Shown: piece after piece, positions 24,900 through 37,278 of the stretch
How positions within the stretch are numbered: the first letter of the stretch is position 1
How the letters are laid out: every line of letters starts with the position of its first letter
Assembly: GCA_036172245.1 (NCBI GenBank)
Contig: JAYWIR010000019.1
Coordinates: 1,984,001 to 2,048,000, forward strand
Direction of reading: 5' to 3'
From: Raillietiella orientalis
Taxonomy: Eukaryota
DNA: 64,000 nucleotides
The notes under the pieces: generated by a model
The model's input: only the letters and a program-made list of their open reading frames with translations
Told to the model about the DNA's origin: nothing
Database searches by the model: none
Program-made: the position numbers and the translations under genes

Positions 24900-25980
24900 G
24901 CCATGGAGGAAGCGGTAGCGTGCGCCATCGTGCTGGAACTCCCGGAATCTCGCGTGCGTCGGACTGCAAAGGGGCGTGCTGGATGCCCCGGAGCGCGGAC
25001 GTCGATTGGAGAGTGGATTGCGTGGTGCGCGCAATCTGCCGATCGCCAGAAAACGGTGGAAACCCATGATGGATGGTGGCTGATGTCATTCGAGAGTGGT
25101 GACAGCTCATCCACGCATGGTTCCTGAATGTGGGGGAGAGACAAGTTCCCTGATAGTTCGTGATTCCGTCGGGAACGGAAGACCTCGATCCGCGACCACA
25201 GCAGGGAGCGTCTTGTCTTCTCACTGATGCGGGGGAGCCACCAGAGCAGTTTTTCCTCCCTCGGCTAAAGATGCCTCGTTATCGGCTGGATGCGAGTACG
25301 AGTAACTGTGGTTCATGCAGGTTTCGGTCGTTCTCTTCAGCATCCGTCAAAGGCTGGAAGGCGAGTATGTCCGTATTGCAGCCGCTGGGTCCAGAAGTTA
25401 GTTTTCCGTGGGTGCGAAGAAGCGCTTCGATCTGTCCCCGGGCATTAGCTCTCCGAGTGGTCAACATCATAGGGGAGCGGCCGCACAGAGCGGTCCGTGA
25501 AGACGTTCATCGGGGGGAAAGAAGAGGTAAGGAGCGGCGCTTTCGCGTGCAGCAGCCCCGTTTTCCGATCAGTTGCTTTCCTTCTTTTGGTGTGCAGTCG
25601 ATGCACAGCCTCTCCTCTGCTCGAAGGCGAAATTCCCGACAGCACCTCGGCGATGGTGCTTGAGGTAGGCGGGAGGGAGGGGAGGCAGGCGAAACCGGTG
25701 GCTCAACCTTTGCATGGGCGATTCCCGGCTCGGATTGCAGAGGAAAGAGGCATCGGGAGAGGACAAGAAGTCACTAATCTGCATCGGAAGGAGCGTTGAG
25801 GATGCTGGAACGTATGGTCCGGTCAGCCGGTGGTACCTTCCATGGTAGCCAGCAGGACGTGAAGGAACGGAGGAGCGAATGTTGTGATTTCTCCACGTTG
25901 GCTATTGCATGGCCGGAGGAGCTATTGTGAAGAAGAGGCGCATTCACCAGCTGTCCAGCCAGCTTTCCTTGGCAGTGCTT
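24900..25980. repeat. Family C dispersed repeat, copy 2
   Basis: Alignable to 10830-11130 and 12035-12520 in the same orientation. Confidence 0.85.
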
Positions 25981-28109
25981 GGACGCCGTTTGATATAAGG
26001 TGACAGCGTTTGTGCTCACCCAAGAGGAAGAAACTTTCTCCGTGTGGCTGGCATTGATGTGCCCTTTCGCAGAACGTAGTTCCATGGAGACTGGTAAAGG
26101 GGGTGAGTACACATCTAACTGTTTTTTTGAACGTTGCTTTCAGATTTCCCTCACAGATGACCTGGAGCAGGCATCGAAGTTCTGTGTCTCCGGATCGCTG
26201 CCCTGGCTCTCGTTGGACAGGAAGTGTTGGAAGAATGCTTCCAGTCCTTCAGCTGCCATCGAAGCGTGTGATTCGTATGTGGCAGTGGGGAAGGACGCCG
26301 CAAACTGTCATTGCGATCCACGAATCTTTCCTTGCTGCCGTTATGTGTGGCTACGTTTGTGGATGGAGGCATTTCAGATCCACTGTTGACACCGAGGCGC
26401 AAATGGTACCCGGGAATCACACGAACGAAAGCACACATGCTTTTTCTTCGGATGTGAGGCATCCTTGTGCTTGTCCTTTCCTCAGCTTCCTTCATCAGCT
26501 TTCTCAGTTCACGTGGATTCGCTTATTGTGGGGGAGGGGGGTCATCGCTTTCAGCCACCACGGCCAGTTCGAATCACATAATATCACGACTTCATCCGGA
26601 AACGAAGATGTATGAAGGTATTCCGTGCTCGCAGCCGTCGGCATAGTTCTCTCCTCCATGTTGGAGCAGCTATTGGTACGCACGTCGCGTGCCCCACCTT
26701 CTACAAGACAGTCCTTCCTTCCGGATTTTCCGTCTCGAGTTGGCTGCCTCGATGTGAGATCTGTACAAACCCAGTCAATGAGTGTCTCCAGGGATCACAA
26801 TTCCACCTGTGGATCGACACCCTACGCTGACGCCAGCATCATTCTATGCCCCTAGGATTTTTTTTCCTATTGGTGTTTCTGTGTCTTGGAACGTTTGGCT
26901 GTGGAATAGCAAGTGCAGGCAGCTGTTCACTTTAAAAAATGAAGGATTTTTCCTGATGCTCTTTTTTTAAGTCACCCTTTGTTTTTTATGTATCAGGGTG
27001 TCGTAATTTGACTACGCAGTTGATTGTGGTGAGTGTTCACGCCACTGTCAATGGTGTTCCTCAGACGTCAGTCTAAGTCATCTGAGCTGATGAGCCAATC
27101 TCTCAGAATCCATGGAAAATACGAGTTTCCTGGAAGGGTTCGATCTCGAACATGGATGCCCAAGATCTAAGCACTCGAACGTCTAGCTACATCTTGCTGT
27201 TTGAGCTCTCAATTATGTCGCCGTAAGGTAGGGTCGGGTCTCCAATTGGATTTTTCTTCTCTCTCTTTTCGGTTCCAGGAGAGGACAGACTGTTCCCCGT
27301 CCTGGAGGCCTTGGGTCCCACTCTCGATCTCCATAACCCTCCTGAAAATTCTCACGAACTATGAACTGACCGCCCCGTGTGACAAGAGTAGGAGAGTGTG
27401 GTCCGTAATCAAACGCATGCTGCTCGTCTTCTGTAGTCGGGATACTCGCAATCACCATCAGCTCGTTGCTTCACTGTGCTGAACTTCGCCTCTTTTCAAG
27501 ATTTCATCTTCCCCTCCTCTTGCCTGTTACTCTCTGTCTGAGAACTCGTAATGAAATAGGTTAACCTCGTTCGATTACTAACTATCCGCCTTCGGGCTGT
27601 CACCGAGGTTCTTCACTATTCTGAATCCAACTCCCCATGTTGCATTCCACTGTCGTCCTCCCAGGAGGATCTACCCCCTCTATCCACGTGCTTTTGGATC
27701 GGCACTGGAAATTTTCCAGAAAGCCTTCAAAGTCCGGCCACCGGACCCATTTTCAAGAGCAAACATCCAGGTTTGCCCAAGGTTGCTTTCGAAAATGGAG
27801 CTGTTCCCGCCACGACCATGGCAGCGGTCAATGCTGAGAAACTGAAAAGCACACACCGGTCATGCCTACGTAGGGCTTTGCCTCCCGGAACAAATTCGGG
27901 GCAGCAATCGCAACAAGGAGTTCTGAGGAACGCAGATTTCGCTGTCCCTCGGGCCCTACAGATGAGTTTCTAGCAGACCGCTCGTAGAGAGCGCTTGACC
28001 TAGATCTAAAGGCCCGTGAAGGTTTGCCTGGAGGCAGAAATGTGTCATTCCGCTCCCTGAGGAAGCGCAGGGATTTGCAGGTTACGTATGTCAGGCAGGT
28101 AAGGTTTCG

Positions 28110-29760
28110 TTCCCGGTCACGTCGGGGCATTTATCTAAAAATAAGTAAATTACAAGTCAGACAAAAAAAAAAGTTCATTGGGGATGACCACCAGCTCGCG
28201 GGCCGACTTCTAAGGGAGTCAGGAGAGGGAAAGAAGGAGCAATAAATAAAGTAAAAGAGGACGGGATATTTGAGTTCAGCTGCTCCTTTCTCACGATAGG
28301 TGGCACTGGATCTCCCTGGCGGCTTCTTGCAGGCGGAGCCGCCTTACAGCCATCCTCATCAAGGCGGCTGCCATGCTGGTGGCCTCTCTTTGCTGCGAGA
28401 GAGACTCCATCACGGAGCCGACTGCGACGATGGTGCGGTTGCAACGTCTCGTCACAATCACGGCGCCTGCCCGTCAGTCCGCCTCTAGTGAAGAATCTCC
28501 GCAGCAAGTTCAAAGCTGTGTCCATCTGGTGGTGGACCGCCGAAGCGAGTCTCCGCCACATGTCCGAGGGGGCACCGTAGTCCGGCAAGAGGTGCTGGAA
28601 GGATTGATGCAATCCTTCCATCGCCCCTTGCACCTCGCACAGTTCTAAGAGGCAGCTGAACCCTCGGAAACCAAGGTGCCTGCGTTGATTGCACTGGAAC
28701 CCTCCCAGTGCAGAAACAGGACATCTGACATGTCGTTTCCAACGGAGCGGGCACACGAATGTGTCCGCATACAGCAGGTCGCTCCACCGAAAGAGCCCTT
28801 TTGCCGGAAACGAGGAGTGGCGCTCGTCTTGCAGCCATCGAAGAGTTTCTCGACTCCTGCAACGTTGCAGAACTCCGACCCTGACGGTTGGCTTGCCGCA
28901 GCATACTGTTTGTCCCGAGGACAAGGAATGTGACGGCTTTCCGGACCATACTGCAGACGAGTCTTGCAGGACACCTCCGAACTGGCGGCGGAGAAGAGTT
29001 CGCAGGCAATGAAGTGTCCCTGGGGCACTTCCGGGAGGCAAGCCAGCTCTCCGCCTCCTCCTGCAGCCAGGCGCCCAGTTCTTCTGGCTGCAGGAGACCC
29101 GAAGATGGGATTCCAGCTCTGAGGGCAGATGGGTGCCTCGAGAGGGTGCCCAAATCCACTCATCCTATGACGGCTGCTCGGCGGCATTGAGAGACTTTCT
29201 TCGCTTTCGGCGCATCTCCGAAGGATGAGGCGCACGGGCGCCCAACACGTGGAAGTCCACAATTTGGCGCAGAGTGCCGAAAGACTGAACTACACCTGCG
29301 GACTGACCTTGTGAATGATCAGGATGCTCAATTTTGAATCCTGGCGTGCGATCACCAAGTCTTTTAGGCTGAACCGGGACCTCGTTGCGCCCCATAGGGC
29401 TTTCCTGAGGCGCTGCGGTCGGACCTTCACCGAATAGGAGGCTAGGCAAACAAAAAACGGGGGGAGGAGAAGGGGAGCGGAAGAAGTGTACCAGATGCTT
29501 GCCTGTTTCGGCAGCCCGTTTACGTCTGCCGTGAGGGAAGGCAGGCCGAGACCCATCGCAACCTCCTGAAGATAGCCCGTCCGCGCTTCTGCAGCGCGGA
29601 AGTCGCCCAGCGGAACTCTAAGGCTCTTGAGGTATCTGTACGTGGGAATGCCACAGGAGGATCTGGTCGGACTGGCCCTCCCGCGACGCACCCATAGGTG
29701 CGACCATGCACTTCGTCCTGTTGGTGCTCATGTCCGTACTCCGGCGGGTCGACTCGAAGA
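28110..29760 (-). mobile_element. 5'-truncated LINE family A copy
   Basis: Reverse complement aligns to 16320-17560 and parallels 14400-15400 (RYL.. region to C-terminus). It ends in ataaatgccccgacgtgaccggg. Confidence 0.8.
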
Positions 29761-29794
29761 CATCCTGCTGCCGGGGTGGGCACGGGCAGCAGGA

Positions 29795-29900
29795 TGGGCA
29801 GGTGGGTTAGGTTAAGGCGGGGTAGGTGAGGTGAGGTAAGGTAGGGTTAGCCGAGGTTGGTTCGGTTGCAGTAGGATATATTAGGTTGAATCCGGTTAGT
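29795..29900. repeat. Degenerate (AGGTT/TTAGG)-like pentamer tract
   Basis: gggttaggttaaggcggggtaggtgaggtgaggtaaggtagggttag... read directly. Confidence 0.7.
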
Positions 29901-29984
29901 TTTTTTCCATCAAAAGACAGCCAAAATCACTGGAGGGGAAGAGATTCCTCAAGTGTTGTCTCATGACAATGAAAATGTCCTACT

Positions 29985-30400
29985 TGTCCTCGAAGGGAAC
30001 TTCTTCCTTATTCTCTCCGGAGGGACCCCCCTAGGGGGATGATACATTATTTCTTCTCCTAAGGGAATCAAGTAAGGATCCGCTCCTGGAATTTCTTCTT
30101 CAGAGGCAACCCACAAGGGAACCGCTGCTGGTTTGTCCCTCTGAAGAGAACCTGGAAGCGACGCATCCCAATTCCTCTAAGGATCACTCCCTGAAGGGGA
30201 GCAGTGCACATCTGACACTCTAGAGAGGCAGGAGGCAAACTTCAAGGCAAGCATCAACCAGATCCATGGTACACGATGGAAGGTCTCCCCACGAGGATAG
30301 GGGCTGGCTCTCTTTTCACAACCGGAGGGGAACTTCTAAGGGAATCTGTGTTCCTTGATGTGCTGAAAGGATCCCGGAAGGTCACCTTCCATTCCCGGGA
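29985..30400. repeat. Family B repeat copy
   Basis: aggatccgctcctggaatttcttc and cccctctgaagagaac motifs match the reverse complement of 45600-45700. Confidence 0.75.
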
Positions 30401-30499
30401 GCCATCCGCTTTCCGGATTCCACCTGTGTTGAACCCTGCTGGAGCTGCTGGAACACTTGGACTTTCCGGCCGCATTGTGGGCCTGCCTGCGCTCCAGCT

Positions 30500-31807
30500 G
30501 GCGCCACGCGCTCATCAACTGCAGACGGTGCACGGAGTGCCGGCGCGATGCGGTATAAGGCAGGACGACAGCCGGGGCCCCCTGCTCTTTGGCACCAATT
30601 TCGAATTCGTGCTGAGAGCATGCAGCAAGACTCTGGCTCCCCGCCTGCACGTATGTTCCGGCACGCCTGCCGTCTCAGCATTCGCGGACAATCTTCTGAT
30701 GTTGCTTTCCATATCCACCCCGGTATGCTCACTCCAGGGTTTCTTCGAGTTGCTTAGTCGTGGGACGGGCCTGGTGATGAACAAGGCGAAGTCATCCGTG
30801 TTCCCGTTGGTGCGTCGTGGGCAGAGCGGCTGACTGGATCCGCCTGGGGATCCCCATGAGCAGGTACTTAATGTACCTGGCGTTCCGTTGGGGCTTCGCA
30901 GAAACCTGGTCCAGTCGTCTTCAGAAAGCACTGCAGGCTCTCGACACGTTCCAAAGAGACAGGTTTTATCTGCCGGAACGGGCCGCGGTGTGGAACACGC
31001 TTGTGACTCCCCTCCTCCGTCCCCTCCCTGCTTTTTTTTTGACTCCTGCCATGCATCATTAAAAAGCGAACAAAGGACTTCCTCCGGAACGCCCTCTAGG
31101 GCAAAGTAAGGTCGGTCTCGAGTCCGCCTAAAAGACTTGTGTGCTCCGCGCCGGGACGGCGGCCTAGGTCTCCCCTGACCCTGGCGTGGATGGAGTTGCA
31201 GCGTGGGACTCACGTCCTTCCTTGCGCGCCCTCCACGCAGCCTCACCCACTGCGAAATACACCATCGGCAGGTGGCCACGCTGGTCAGGAAAAACGGATG
31301 GGTCTGGTGCCTCCCAGAGAACAGCAGTGCCTGGTTGCAGGGAACCGTTCGCACGTGGGCGAGGATCCAGGAGCCAAGCGCGGGAAAAGTCTGTCGTTTC
31401 CTGTACGCGCGTAACAACAACTGCACGCTCCAGGAGATCCTGGAAGATCCCGCGAAGAGCAAGCAGAATCTCCCTCGCCTCCGCGCTGCCCTCTCTTAGA
31501 GAGCATATGGGCAGGAGCCTCACCTCTAGATGGGAGGTTACTGTGGAAATCTTGGAAGCAGGAAAGGACTAGGCTAGTGGACGACGGGACAGCTCACTGA
31601 CACTGCGACCCCCAGTGCTCGACCTCGTGGACTTTTTTCCTTTTGTTTGCCTCCCCTTATCCTGTGCTGCCGAGGCGAACTCCGCTGGTCTGCATGCCAG
31701 TTCCCAGCAGGTTCCTTTTCGTAGTGATAAGTAACGTGGCAAGATCAAACGTCCTGCCACAGACATGTATGTTTATTTTATAGATAAATGCCCCAGCGTG
31801 ACCAGGT
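30500..31807 (+). mobile_element. LINE family A copy with RT C-terminal half and an internal deletion before the 3' UTR
   Basis: GIRQDDSRGPLLF, SAFADN, GLVMNKAKS, LPERAAVWN. At ~31632 it jumps from ORF2 sequence (homologous to 43255-43390 rc) directly to the T-rich UTR. Confidence 0.85.
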
Positions 31808-31810
31808 GTC

Positions 31811-31985
31811 AACCAGTGTCGCATCCGAAGCCCGTGGGTCAACCAGCGCCATCCTGTGGAGGAACTCGAAACCCACTATCTACCAGTTCCTCGGATTCGA
31901 TCCTTCCTCAGTTGGGATTGGAGCCCACCACGCTTGGTCCCACGAGCAAAGACGCAGCCGCAAAACCGCCAGGGCGAGCTGTAGG
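31811..31985 (-). mobile_element. tRNA-derived SINE-like element, 5' part
   Basis: Reverse complement aligns to 45000-45152 and 59040-59206. Degenerate B-box gggctccaatccc. Confidence 0.65.
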
Positions 31986-32249
31986 TTTGTTCAGTGATAG
32001 GTTAGATGAGATCAGGTTGAATGCGTTCAGGACCAAGCTGGGAATTAAGGGAAGATGGATTCGGTGTTCCACTGGGATGCCTTCATTCGAATCGGACGTG
32101 CGCGCCAACAACTCTAGAATGTCTCCAATTGTCAAGGGATTGGGAGCACACGCGGATCCACCCTGGTGCGATCCAGCCTCTGTGCGTTGATTTCGGAAGC
32201 ATTCGCTCGCTCCATCTGCAGACTCCTTTTCCTCGCGTTTCGGCCTGAA

Positions 32250-34200
32250 AGCTGACTCCTGTGAGGAGTGCCTTCAGCACGTGCTTCCTCCATTAGACGC
32301 AATCGCCGATCGCTTCGAGAGATGCCATCGCTGTCGGAAGCGATGGCACGACAGAAAGGATGGGAGGCATCCTCAAAAATGACAGTGGAACCGGGGAACG
32401 CGAATCTCCTCGGACGCTCATCCACCGGACGCGACGTCCCATCAATGGGCACGGAAAGTTTTTCCTGACCGATCTCCGCTGCGAATCCTCGACGGTCCGC
32501 AGTGCCGTTCAGTTCGCATCTGACATCCTCCCCTCCCCTCCCCTTCCCCCCAAAAGACTTCCCCGTTTCGGCGCCCGTGATCCATGAGCGCGCTTGCGTT
32601 TTCCCGCCCGCGAAATTCGTAAATCGTCTCCTAGTGACGCGCGTGCAGGTCGTCCCGGAAAATCGGGTGCCTCCTGCCGCAAAAACCGAATCTCCAAGAC
32701 GAAAGTCCGATCTCTCCCGTTCCCGGAAATTCTCCACGAGCGCCTTACCCCGAAGACGGGACAATCCATTCCTTATCTCTAATGATGTGACCTCAATCTT
32801 CGCATAATCGCGCGCACCCCCCTCTCCCTCCCCCGTCTCGGCCTGCCGCCGCTCAGTCGCTGAAAAACCCATGCGGCGAATGCACCGCTGGCTGGATGTG
32901 TACCGTCGCCTTCGCAGACACGTGGTGATCTGAACTGGGTCTCTTGGAAACCGAGGGAAACTGCAACTCGCGAAGCAGAAGTCTTGGAATTATTTCTTCC
33001 AGAATTCGCCTCACGCAGAGATGGTGCACGCGAAGATTCTGTTCTCGTTGCTCTGGGTTTGCCTGGAGCTGCACGCTTCCTCCCAAACACGTGCTCCCTA
33101 CTCTCCGAGCGAGCGGGAGAGATACACAGTCGTGAACAGGGTAAGTCGGCTTTTCCGTTCTGATTGGTGATGGGGCTGCTGCACGGGGCACGAGGATCGC
33201 CGAGGATCGGCGCTGTCCAGTGAACTGCGCGCGCTCCAGTAGAGAGCGGTGGGGTTACCGGAAACGCTGAGGCGGAAAGAGACTCCGCCGCTCGGGTCGG
33301 TGCGTCCGGAGAGCCATCGATGCGCGTGTGGTCTCCGTGGAGCCACTTCAGCCCGAGGTCGATCCGCGGAGCTTCCTCCCTGGGAGACTCGCTGCTCGGC
33401 AGTCCTTCCGCAAGGTTCCCAAGATCGGATCAATCCCGAACCGGGCATGGGGAGGAGAACCGATGACCGAGCTCCGCCACTCACCCCGTGGTGACCGCAG
33501 GGGAGGGGGAAGAAGGAGGTCAGTTTTTCCTTCGTCTCGTTGCGGAACTCGTGGTCACTGGAGGGGGAAGCGATTGCCCGACCTTAAGAAGAAGCAGCGC
33601 GGTGCTTCTGCAGGCCATCCGAAAATCCTGCCTAGACTGGAGAGCTAGCGGGAGCGCTTCCGGGAACGGAAGAGGGTCAGCAGTTCTGGATTTTCCAGGA
33701 AGAAAGGGGAATTCCCCCTGCTCGCTCGGGAAGCGAAAGGTTCACCCTCCTGCCTCGACCGCCAGTCGAACCTCCGACCTTCCTATGGACTCAAGGAAGC
33801 CTCCCCCCCCGCGAGCGGCCACGCGTGGAACTCGTCTGCGGGGCCACGGGAGACGGAGGAGAATCTCCTGTTGCGGCTGCTCCCCCGAGGACGCGAACCT
33901 GGGCACCCGCTCCGGACCGACCTCTGTCCGGGCATCAGGAAGGTGGCCCCACAAAGCGTCCCGACAAAGTGCACGGAGAGCGGGGCTCCGCCAAGTGGAA
34001 GGGGGGGGGGACGATAATTCGCGCACTTGCCCTTGCTGCTCTTCGAGCTGGCGCACGGGGATGCTCGAACGGACGTCGCCCTCCTCTCACCCCTCTCACG
34101 CCTATCTCTGCCGCAGGTAACTCCGCGAAGGTGCAACGCGGATCGAAGACCTCGACGCGGAGATTCTCTCTCTCCCTTCGTCGATTCCCCCTCCCCTTCA
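32250..34200 (-). mobile_element. 5' part of a LINE: ORF1-like region and AP endonuclease, decayed
   Basis: LGFQETQF (LQETH-like) near 32950 and GGEDVRCEL..TADR (GGDFNC-like) near 32520. The upstream GC-rich region is assigned to ORF1 by position only. Confidence 0.55.
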
Positions 34201-34949
34201 CCCACCCTCTAATTCCAAATCTCTGCTACTCCCCGTAAGAAGTCAGGGGGACTCGTGTGAGACGACTGTTTGCCTACGCGGGAGCCGTTGACTCTTCCCG
34301 TTTCAAGGTGACTCTCGTGTCGGCCTTCAGAAATCCGACGGAAAACGGACCGAAAGACGGGACCTCTCGGAGGTGCACGTGGCTCTATCGGGCAACCTCG
34401 ATTCAGGGGAGGCACCCCGAGTCACTGGTTCTTCGTGCTCTGCATCCTCCGCGAATCGCCCTTTCTTCCTCCGTAGAGAAATTCCGTTCTCTGTCCAATC
34501 CGCTCGGAAATTTCCGGGACCGCGAGGGCCTCTTGAAATTCCTTCCCGGCGGCGCTGCACTGGCAGAAGTGTGGCCGCGGGCACCACCAGCGAGCTCCAC
34601 CCCATTCCCTCCCCTGCCCGTGGAGGGTCAACCGCTCCGCTGAATGCATCCTCGGTCTCCTCCCACGCGTGACGACGCCGAGATGCCCCTCGGTCTTCAA
34701 ACGCTGCTCATTGGCAGGACGTTTCTTGCGTCCGCGGCGGGTGCACATTTGACCGAAAGCGAGGAACTGGCAGTGAACGGTTCCTCCTGACCTCTTCATG
34801 AGCACCTCGGGTGCGTGACAGCCTAGTGTGAACACTCAGCTCTCTCGGAGAGTAGGGAACCCTCAGGGAGTGAAGCAACGCTTCTTGAACTCGAAAAAAA
34901 AAAAAGCCTGGAAGAAGTAGGAAGCATGAGAAAAGAGTCAGAACTCCCC

Positions 34950-36600
34950 TATTGCGTGCTCCTGTACCCATGATGCATTCGTTGATGCAGGTGTCTTCGC
35001 CAAACTGGTAAACGGAGGTGGTCGATTGCTGAAAACTTTTTATAATGGACGCAGCTGCGGCAGCACTCGGGTGATCCGGATCTGTACCACAGCATCCCCC
35101 TATCCGCGGACTCCGAGAGCAGAGACGCTTTCCCCCTCATCTCTCCAGAGCGAAACCAAATCACCAGATCAGGTGCTCTCCAGAAGCGAATCCCGTGGTG
35201 TCCCGAGCAGATATCGGAAGCCTCTTTGCTTCCTTCGCACATCTTCCGACTAACCTAACTCCACTTTCATCTGCTCTGAATTTCCAAGTTCTTCGCAGCT
35301 GGAAAATCCCTTTGCCTCAGTTGAGCTTGCACGCTCGCTGAATCCAAGATCCCAGTCCTGCCACATCATCCGAGAGCAGCTGGAAAAAGGTCACCCTTGG
35401 CGCAATTTTAGGAGCGGGTGGTCATTCGTGTCGCAGTCCAATTTCCACGTTTTCACGATGCTTGCTGAAGATGTTCCGGCTGCTGGTTCCCGCGGAGGAC
35501 GCTTGCGAACCGAGGCGAAACCCTCCTGGTTTCTCTCCGAGGAAAACCAAAGAGATGGAACTGCTTGCATGGAGGATGAACCAACCATTGGCGGCGCTCG
35601 TCCAGATCCCAGCACACGGGGAGACAACTGGATGATGATTACGGACCACTTTTCTGCTCGACGAAAGAGGCAACCCAACGCCCCTCATTCGTCACTACAT
35701 GAATGTCTTGATAAGCCATATCGTTTCCATGCGTGGAAAGACAGGGGCCTCTTGCAGAAGGAGGTGACATTAGTGGTGACGTTGCATTGCACTTTCTGCG
35801 AGCGGATGGATGTTGTATCGAATTCAGAGGGAGCTTTCGTGATTCTTCACGATGGCTCCACAAGCATCACAAAACCAACTCCATCCCAGGAAACCGCAGG
35901 TTGATTTCAATCCAGGATTTCACCCTTCACAGACAGTCTGCAGCCGCGATCGATCGGTGCTGCTCATCTGATGCGTTTCGCAGCATTGCGAGGTTCTACT
36001 GGTGGAATGAGACTCGAATCGAACCACTGATGCAGCTTTTGAGAGCAACCGGAAAGTCGAGTCACAAGCGAAGCCCTGAGCTGACCTCAAATGAATGATA
36101 AAAATCCGCATAAAGAGGAACCATCACTCCTAGAATGAGGATGAACTGTTCCTCTTTATTGCCTTCCTGCTGACAGAGAGAGAATTTCTTGCAATGCAAT
36201 TCAGAAGTTTCCTTAAAGGCTCTAGAAAATGGAAAACATAGAGAAGTGTCCCATGCTGACTTGGACTGCGGTGCCTGCATAATTTCCACTCTTGCACAGG
36301 ATTCTGGAATTTCGAACACATCAAAACGATTCCCTGTTTCCCTTATATTCTGAAGCGTTTCTAAACGAACCCAGGCGAGGCAGGATGCACACCACGAAAC
36401 CGCTGCCGTTGATCGGTATCCCGTCAACAACTGAGCAGGCGGACTTTATCGTGAGACCGCATGACGTGACCACTTTAGCAGTCCACGGCATTACCCTTAC
36501 TTGCCTTTCCACAGCAAATTTTCCGCCAGATTCCTTGGTTTGGAAAAGGTTGCAAACATCTCCCAACCTTTCGCCATCCCTTGCGCACGGAAATTTTTCA
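34950..36600 (-). mobile_element. Heavily decayed Ty3/Gypsy pol remnant (protease-RT)
   Basis: WVASFVEQKSG (cf. WASPxVxVxKKxG), LSDDV (YLDD-like) and HYKKF (YYRKF-like) in the expected order. Confidence 0.4.
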
Positions 36601-37278
36601 CATATCCCGTCTCACTCATCCTCAGAAAATTCGAGTTCCTCCTTGACACTGACCTCCTGTGTGTCTACTTCACTCACTTCTGCCTTCCAACAAGCGCAGT
36701 TCAAGGTAGAATGTAGCTATAGTTGGCCGGCGAATCAGTAGGATCGCGTTCTTAATCCGTGGAACCAGCAGACGTCAAACAGCAGCTGTCCTACCAGTCG
36801 CTGCTTTCCATCCCAGTCATCTGCCTTCTTCAACAACAGCAACAAAATTGACACTAGCGCAACGATGAGGTCCATGGAAAACAGATCTGTGCGTCCGAAC
36901 TGAATGTCCAAGTATTCCGATGGTGCAGACATTTTAATTCTCTCATATATTCACATCGTTCTCGCCACCCCCAGGAAGGTCACACAGAGAGAATTCCAGG
37001 GGCACCCCCCTGACATAAAACCCACCGCAGCAGTTCTCATTAATGCAAGCTCCAGCATTTTTTCAAAACATGTGTTCTGACGTCATAGTGTGACTGACTA
37101 TGCGAGAGGTACCATAGTGAAAGAACGATTGGTACCATCGAAGTCCACCTTCACATCGACCCCAATGGGCGGAGGCGATCCGCGCACGCACAGTACGTTC
37201 CTAGGCAGGCAGGGGGCACCTTATCGGCATACGTGGACTCGCATACACGACAACCTTTCCCGTTTTCCGATCTCAAAA

